DNA of 64,000 bases from assembly GCF_003991155.1 (NCBI RefSeq), contig NZ_CP031293.1, one strand, 5' to 3'. A model generated the notes under the pieces. The model did not search any database. It saw nothing but the letters and a program-made list of their open reading frames with translations, and was not told where the DNA came from. Source of the DNA: Escherichia coli. Its GTDB lineage: Bacteria > Pseudomonadota > Gammaproteobacteria > Enterobacterales > Enterobacteriaceae. The position numbers and the translations under genes were made by a program. Below, in pieces: positions 55,901 to 64,000 of the stretch (positions are counted from its first letter, which is position 1; each line of letters begins with the position of its first letter).

Positions 55901-57214
55901 ATCGTAGGCAACCGCAGAAATCGCATAATAATTGTCTTTGCCTGCCTGGTAAGCCGGGAGCGTCACTTGCCACTGATTGCCCTGCCCCGTAATTTTTCCG
56001 CCTGCGGCCAGCAAAGACGGCGCTTCCCATTGCACATTTTTCAGACCGTGAGTTGCTTTGCTGACCACAAGCCCCAGGGAAACCGTCTGGCCGCCCTTGC
56101 CTTCAATACGCTCAGGCAGAGCAATACGGATCACTTCAGATTTGCGATACTCAAGAACGATATTGTTATTACGCTCAACCAGGTCATAGCGGCTGCCTGC
56201 CAGCATTCGACGCTCGCGAATACTGTCTGTATCGAGTTGTTTTTCCAGAGGTTCGCCAATCCGATAATTAACTTCCAGGCCAAAGCGAGTGTCATTCTCA
56301 CCACTCTTGCCCTGCTTATGCCCGGCACTCAGGGTCAGAAGAGGCACTGGCGTGTAATTCACTTCAGCGGTAATCGCATGTGGATCTTTCTGGCGTTTAT
56401 CTTTACCAAACAGCCCGACTTCATCGCCATAATACTGTTCATACATCAGGCTTGCGCCAAGCTGCGGCCAGGCAGGTAAATAGCCCTCAGCACGAATATC
56501 CCAGCCATTCGCCGGGCGTTCCTGATAATCCTCAACATCCGGCGATTTTTTCCAGCCAGAAGCCCGGATATAACCATTGGCGCTCAGTTTCAAATAATCA
56601 CGCCAGTATTCCGCACCAACACCAATGCGGGTATGACTACGGGATAAATCATGATCGATAAAAGTATTCACCCCCGCCATCCAGTCATTTCCTGAAAAAT
56701 GACGCCAGCCAAAACCAATATTTGACTGAGTACGATCGTCGGTACGATGTATTGTCCCCTGAGTGAACAACATATTTGTCGGTGTATCATAAATCGGATA
56801 AAGCATTTCCAGCGAAGAATCCTTCAGCGAGAAATCTTTATCGACATTCAGTTTGACGCGCGCAGTACCGTATTTCCCGAGCCACTCCTGTATTTCCTGG
56901 TTAGCTTTAGCGGTGGCCATTCCGGTAATAAAATTACGTGTCGCATCGCTATCTGGCTGACTGCTTAAAAATGTCCCGGCATTTGCGGCAAACGACGCGA
57001 CATTTTTCTCCACGTTATTATCAGCAGTTACCGTAGTATTTCCCATGCTCAACCGTGGCTGAACCGCATGCTGCGCACGTGCCGCCATTACTGGGGTAAA
57101 GGTGACAGCGAGTGGAAAAAGAACCTGAACAGAGATATTTGCCCACGCCACGCAGCGGGCCAGAACTGAATAACGAAATTGTGGTTGTTTATGACCTATT
57201 TTATAACGTGACAT
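52964..57214 (-). CDS. eaeH: intimin/invasin-like adhesin (inverse autotransporter with bacterial Ig-like repeats), full length
   Basis: 1416-aa ORF; N-terminal signal and beta-barrel region, then a long run of Big-domain-like repeats rich in T/A/G/V (LTVVA... patterns recur); length matches FdeC/EaeH. Confidence 0.85.
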   Translation of the reverse strand: MSRYKIGHKQPQFRYSVLARCVAWANISVQVLFPLAVTFTPVMAARAQHAVQPRLSMGNTTVTADNNVEKNVASFAANAGTFLSSQPDSDATRNFITGMATAKANQEIQEWLGKYGTARVKLNVDKDFSLKDSSLEMLYPIYDTPTNMLFTQGTIHRTDDRTQSNIGFGWRHFSGNDWMAGVNTFIDHDLSRSHTRIGVGAEYWRDYLKLSANGYIRASGWKKSPDVEDYQERPANGWDIRAEGYLPAWPQLGASLMYEQYYGDEVGLFGKDKRQKDPHAITAEVNYTPVPLLTLSAGHKQGKSGENDTRFGLEVNYRIGEPLEKQLDTDSIRERRMLAGSRYDLVERNNNIVLEYRKSEVIRIALPERIEGKGGQTVSLGLVVSKATHGLKNVQWEAPSLLAAGGKITGQGNQWQVTLPAYQAGKDNYYAISAVAYDNKGNASKHVQTEVVITGAGMSAERTALTLDGQSRIQMLANGSEQKPLVLSLRDAEGQPVTGMKDQIKTELTFKPAGNIVTRTLKATKSQAKPTLGEFTETEAGVYQSVFTTGTQSGEATITVSVDDMSKTVTAELRATMMDVANSTLSANEPSGDVVADGQQVYTLTLTAVDSEGNPVTGEASRLRLVPQDTNGVTIGAISEIKPGVYSATVSSTRAGNVVVRAFSEQYQLGSLQQTLKFVAGPLDAAHSTIALNPDKPVVGGTLTAIWTAKDANGNPVIGLNPDAPSLSGAAAAGSMASGWTDNGDGTWTAQITLGTTAGELEVMPKLNGQDAAANAAKVTVVADALSSGQSTVSVAADRVKAGESTTVTLIAKDAHGNAISGLSLSASLTGAASEGATVSNWTEQGDGSYVATLTTGGKTGELLVMPLFNGQPAATDAARLTVVAGEMSSANSTLVADNKAPTVKATTELTFTAKDAYGNPVSGLKLDAPVFSGAASTGSERPSAGSWTEQSNGVYVATLTLGSAAGQLSVMPRVNGQNAVAQPLVLNVAGDASKAEIRDMTVKVNNQLANGQSANQITLTVVDSYGNPLQGQEVTLTLPQGVTSKTGNTVTTNTAGKADIELMSTVAGELEIEASVKNSQKTVKVKFKADFSTGQASLEVDAAAQKVANGKDAFTLTATVKDQYGNLLPGAVVVFNLPRGVKPLADGNIMVNADKEGKAELKVVSVTAGTYEITASAGNDQPSNAQSVTFVADNTTATISSIEVIGNRAVADGKTKQTYKVTVTDANNNLLKDSEVTLTASPENLVLTPNGTATTNEQGQAIFTATTTVAATYTLTAKVEQADGQESTKTAESKFVADDKNAELAASPERVDFLVADGKTTATLTVTLMSGVNPVGGTMWVDIEAPEGVTEADYQFLPSKNDHFANGKITRTFSTNKPGTYTFTFNSLTYGGYEMKPVTVTINAVPADTEGAEEK

Positions 57215-57764
57215 TGAGATAATTTCCTGATGAACGAATTAACGAACATAGGCAGACACAAATAATGGCGTCTGCTTGTCAGAAAAACCGGGGATTTCCC
57301 GGTTTCCTTTTCCGCAGAAAAGGAAATACCTTTATGTAAGAAAGTACACCGCCACCTAATATATCCAGTGCCTGTAGCCTCTCATCAGGTGGTTGGGCGC
57401 GGGATTATATTTTTATTTATGGGTGAAAATTTAGCTTTTTGTGCAAGTCATTAAATAGATACCTAAGTTATATTTCTTACTCTGCGGACAGTGAATAATT
57501 CATTATTCAGAGTGAATAATAATGACCTGCCTTTAATTAGCAACTATTGGAAATACGTCGAAGTAGGTATATACGCCAGGATAAACCGATATATTTTTTA
57601 TGGATATTCATTTTCCTTCATCAGACTGTGAATTGCAGGGATATCGAACTTGCACGACTCATCGCAACACTCAAACAGATTTATGAATTTCGTTCATAAC
57701 CCCTGACAAATCCTGCCGTCTAATCGAGCTTTTCCCTTTACGTTATGCTTCTCATGAACGATAA

Positions 57765-60688
<2,924 letters not shown>

Positions 60689-60770
60689 CTAAACTTTCAG
60701 GAGATTTATTATGAATAAACGTATCCTCACGATTGCGCCATTCTTCTTACCGATATTCTGACACACATCA

Positions 60771-61697
60771 TTAACTTTCTATTTTTACTCTTTTCTCCAC
60801 CATAAAATCAATAAAAGCACGAACTTTAGAGGGCATTCTCACCCGTGATGAAACATATATATAAAATCCAGGAAATGAAACGGCCCAATCCTCAAGAATC
60901 GGCTGTAACTTGCCCGCATTGATATGCTCAGCGATTGCAAAATCCAGATGTTGAATGATACCCGTTCCATTCAGCGCCATTCGTATCATGCTTTCGTCAT
61001 CATTAGAAATATACTTACCTGACACCTCTATTTCGAACTCTTCATTACCCCCCACAACATTCGAAAACTCCCATGCTGAGAGTGCACCGCTACTTTTATG
61101 CCGCAACCGAAGACAATTATGGTTACTCAATTCCTGAGGAGTTTCAGGAATACCGTGTTCTTTTAAATAATCTGGCGATGCCACAGTAACCAGTTTAATA
61201 AGCGGAGAAACAGGAACGGCAGTCATATGCTCATCCAGTCCTTGCTCAAGACGTATGCCCACATCACAGCCGTCCGCAATAATGTTAGATAAACCGTCAT
61301 CCATAATGAGTTCTATCTTTGTTTTGGGGTAACGAGTAAGAAACTCGCCAATATGAGGCTCAACAAGCATCCGTGCTGCAACACGGGAGGAATTTATTCT
61401 CAACAGGCCTGTAGGTTCAAGTTGGGTATCACCAACATCTTTCAAAGCATCATCAATTTGCCCCAAAGCCGACACCAGCACTTCATACAGACGCTGTCCT
61501 TCCTCAGTAAGCGACATATTGCGGGTCGTACGGTATATCAGCTTGGTGTTAAGACGTTCCTCAAGAGATTTTAAATTCTGGGACAATGCGGCCCGCGTAA
61601 TACCCATTTCAGAAGCGGCTCTGGAAAAACTGCCGGCACGAACAATAAGCGCAAACCAGGCAAGAGAAGGCAAAATTGAAGGCTCTATTTTCATCAT
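60771..61697 (-). CDS. LysR-family transcriptional regulator
   Basis: ORF 60771..61760; ATG at 61697 gives MMKIEPSILPSLAWFALIVRAGSFSRAASEMGITRAALSQNLKSLEERL; divergent from the hydrolase gene. Confidence 0.85.
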   Translation of the reverse strand: MMKIEPSILPSLAWFALIVRAGSFSRAASEMGITRAALSQNLKSLEERLNTKLIYRTTRNMSLTEEGQRLYEVLVSALGQIDDALKDVGDTQLEPTGLLRINSSRVAARMLVEPHIGEFLTRYPKTKIELIMDDGLSNIIADGCDVGIRLEQGLDEHMTAVPVSPLIKLVTVASPDYLKEHGIPETPQELSNHNCLRLRHKSSGALSAWEFSNVVGGNEEFEIEVSGKYISNDDESMIRMALNGTGIIQHLDFAIAEHINAGKLQPILEDWAVSFPGFYIYVSSRVRMPSKVRAFIDFMVEKRVKIES

Positions 61698-61853
61698 TGT
61701 AAACCTTAACTTAACACTGTGATAGATATTAGACCATTGATGATAACCAATACAAGTCATACTATTACGCCGTTCTCGATATGAACACGAATGCCAGTTG
61801 CGGATAATAGAAATGATATTTAAATCTGTTTAGGCAAATCCCCGGAGCTTGAA

Positions 61854-62774
61854 ATGAAAACTGTTTCGATAAAACATACTTACTGGGATATAGCTGCTGA
61901 TATCTATTTCCCTGACGATTTTAATAGTGAAAAAAAGTATCCTGCCATTATCAGCGCCCATCCAATTGGAAGCTGCAAAGAACAGACATCGGGTAGTGTG
62001 TATGGTGCCGCCCTGGCAAAAGCTGGCTTTATCGTCATTGCTTTTGATGCCAGTTTTCAGGGAAGCAGCGGTGGAGAACCGCGTTATCTGGAAGATCCAA
62101 CAATGCGAGTAAAAGACTTCAGCATTGTCGTTGATTATCTTACCAGCTTACCTTACGTTGATGCCGGGCGTATTGGTGTACTGGGTATTTGTGGTGGAGG
62201 TGGATATGCCATTAATGCCGCAATGACAGAACGTCGAATTAAAGCTATTGGTACTGTCACGGGTGCAAACTACGGGCGTCTTATGCGTGAGGGATTTACA
62301 GCGTTTAATCCTATCGGAGCACTCGAAGCAATGGCGCAACAAAGAACAGACGAAGCTAACGGCGCAAAACTTCGCGTAGATGATTTGCTCCCTTCTTCTC
62401 CGGAAGCAGCTCTTGAAGCGGGATTAACAGAAATAGACCTTTTTGAAGCAACAGAATATTATCGTTCGCCACGAGGCTGTGCACCTAATGGGGTAAATCG
62501 TTCGCTATTCTCACATCAGACTGTTGCCGTGGGTTGGGATGCATTTCATCTTGCAGAAGTCCTGTTAACTCAACCAATAATGGTTGTGGTGGGCGATAGA
62601 GTGGGCGCATTTGGTGCCTACCGTGACGGCTGCGAAATTATTGGCCGCGCTGCCTCAAAACATAAAGAGCTGGTCGTGGTTGAAGGTTATTCACATTACG
62701 ACCTGTATGATAAGCCAGAACCTGTGAAACAGGCACTCGACAAATTAATTCCTTTTTATAAAACACATTTGTAA
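61854..62774 (+). CDS. alpha/beta hydrolase (dienelactone-hydrolase-like, Cys nucleophile)
   Basis: 306 aa; nucleophile-elbow-like GICGGG and a C-terminal SHYDLYD histidine region. Confidence 0.7.
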   Translation: MKTVSIKHTYWDIAADIYFPDDFNSEKKYPAIISAHPIGSCKEQTSGSVYGAALAKAGFIVIAFDASFQGSSGGEPRYLEDPTMRVKDFSIVVDYLTSLPYVDAGRIGVLGICGGGGYAINAAMTERRIKAIGTVTGANYGRLMREGFTAFNPIGALEAMAQQRTDEANGAKLRVDDLLPSSPEAALEAGLTEIDLFEATEYYRSPRGCAPNGVNRSLFSHQTVAVGWDAFHLAEVLLTQPIMVVVGDRVGAFGAYRDGCEIIGRAASKHKELVVVEGYSHYDLYDKPEPVKQALDKLIPFYKTHL

Positions 62775-63018
62775 TAATCTTACAGGGAGATTCCTTATCT
62801 CCCTGACATTTATCCTTTATTGACTACACAACAATAATAAAATTACTCAAAAAGAAATTTCATTAAAGAAACAGAAAAGCAGCAACTCAATTATTAAGAT
62901 TATTAGAAACCCTTTGAAGGAATTATAAATAAAGCCATAATTCTTGGTTCCAAAGCTGGCAACAACTAACCAGTTAAAACATACGCATCAAAATCAGATA
63001 AACATTTGAGGTATTGTT

Positions 63019-64000
63019 ATGACAAATAAACACCCATCATTGTTTTCTCCTTTTATGCTGACAGAAAAAATAAAGCTACGTAATCGTATCGTTATGGCTC
63101 CTATGACGACCTGGTCAGCGAATCCTGATGGAACCATCTCTGAGCAAGAACTCGAATTTTATAAACGTCGCTCACAAAATGTTGGTTTAGTAATAACAGG
63201 ATGCACCTATGTCACGCCAAGCGGCATTGGGTTTACTCATGAATTTGCCGCGTATGACGACCGTTTCATTAACAGCCTTGAAAAGTTAGCAGCTGCAGCC
63301 AAAAGTGGCGGTGCTCCGGCTATTTTGCAGATTTTCCACGCCGGTAATAAAGCCATCCCGGAGCTTGTGCCAAATAACGATGTTATTAGTGCCAGCGCAT
63401 CAAGCGTAAAATCTGGTGACTTTATGAAGAGAGTGGTACAAAGCAGGGAAATGACTGAAAACGAAATTCAGGAAACCATTAGAGCATTCGGAGATGTCAC
63501 AAAAAGGGCGATTAAAGCAGGTTTTGATGGCGTTGAACTTCATGGTGCGCACGGATTCCTTCTGCAGAATTTCTTCTCCCCTCTATTTAACCAGCGTAAT
63601 GACCGATGGGGAGGAGATCTCGAAGGACGTATGCGCTTCCCGCTGGCCGTATTACAGGAAGTAAAAAATGTAGTCTATGAATATGCGACAAAGCCCTTTG
63701 CCATCGGTTACAGAATATCTCCTGAAGAATCTGCAACAGGGGGGCTGCGGATAGAGGATACTTATAAACTCCTTGATCGGCTCATTTCATCCGGTATTTC
63801 GTATATACATACCTCACTGGTCAGTATTAACGATAGCTACCCTGTTGAGTCGCCAAATGGCCCCCGAACTATTGAATTGATTTTAAATCATATTGCAGGC
63901 AGAGTGCCGGTAATCGCTGCAGGTAAAATACGCACACCGTCTCAGGCTCAAGAAGCAATTTCCACTGGCCTGCCACTTGTTGCGATCGGTAAAGGGCTGG
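63019..64000 (+). CDS. NADH:flavin oxidoreductase of the Old Yellow Enzyme family, 5' part (runs past window end)
   Basis: ATG at 63019 with RBS GAGG; MTNKHPSLFSPFMLTEKIKLRNRIVMAPMTT and LHGAHGFLLQNF are OYE hallmarks. Not in the ORF track because no stop is reached. Confidence 0.85.
   Translation, partial: MTNKHPSLFSPFMLTEKIKLRNRIVMAPMTTWSANPDGTISEQELEFYKRRSQNVGLVITGCTYVTPSGIGFTHEFAAYDDRFINSLEKLAAAAKSGGAPAILQIFHAGNKAIPELVPNNDVISASASSVKSGDFMKRVVQSREMTENEIQETIRAFGDVTKRAIKAGFDGVELHGAHGFLLQNFFSPLFNQRNDRWGGDLEGRMRFPLAVLQEVKNVVYEYATKPFAIGYRISPEESATGGLRIEDTYKLLDRLISSGISYIHTSLVSINDSYPVESPNGPRTIELILNHIAGRVPVIAAGKIRTPSQAQEAISTGLPLVAIGKGL

Noticed and set aside
52964-57214. Possible CRISPR or tandem-repeat array suggested by repetitive DNA
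   Set aside because: The repeats are in-frame protein-domain repeats of one long ORF, not short direct repeats separated by unique spacers; no cas genes nearby.

Overview
This window reads as an Escherichia coli chromosomal segment covering the mhp-lac-cyn-cod-prp-yah-bet-ykg-rcl neighbourhood, in reverse orientation relative to the usual K-12 map. Gene order: mhpA (5' part, minus) / mhpR / lacI-lacZYA / cynXST (minus) with divergent cynR / codBA (minus) / prpBCDE (minus) with divergent prpR / yahO, yahN, yahM, yahL, yahK / yahDEFGIJ operon (minus) / yahC, yahB / pdeL (yahA) / betT with divergent betIBA / ykgEFG (minus) / rclR with divergent rclABC / an aldo-keto reductase / ykgA-type AraC regulator / a full-length intimin-like adhesin gene (eaeH, also called fdeC) / a block of two aldo-keto reductases, two LysR regulators, an alpha/beta hydrolase and the 5' part of an Old-Yellow-Enzyme-type flavin oxidoreductase. 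All identifications come from reading the translated ORFs and recognising family motifs and known E. coli proteins from memory; no database search was run. Gene starts were adjusted from the ORF track where a known protein N-terminus or a better ribosome-binding site was visible. Most of the window is well-characterised core metabolism. The lineage is not K-12: LacI, LacZ and the lac control region carry substitutions, eaeH is intact, and no ykgH-sized ORF lies between betA and ykgG. I found no CRISPR array, IS element or transposase, rRNA or tRNA. The parts most likely to hold undescribed biology are the yahDEFGIJ operon (a paralogue of the allantoin-cluster carbamoyltransferase/carbamate kinase module, with unknown substrate) and the reductase/LysR/hydrolase block beyond eaeH. 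Smaller leads are a terminator-like hairpin in the eaeH leader and a 21-bp perfect palindrome in the betA-ykgG gap.
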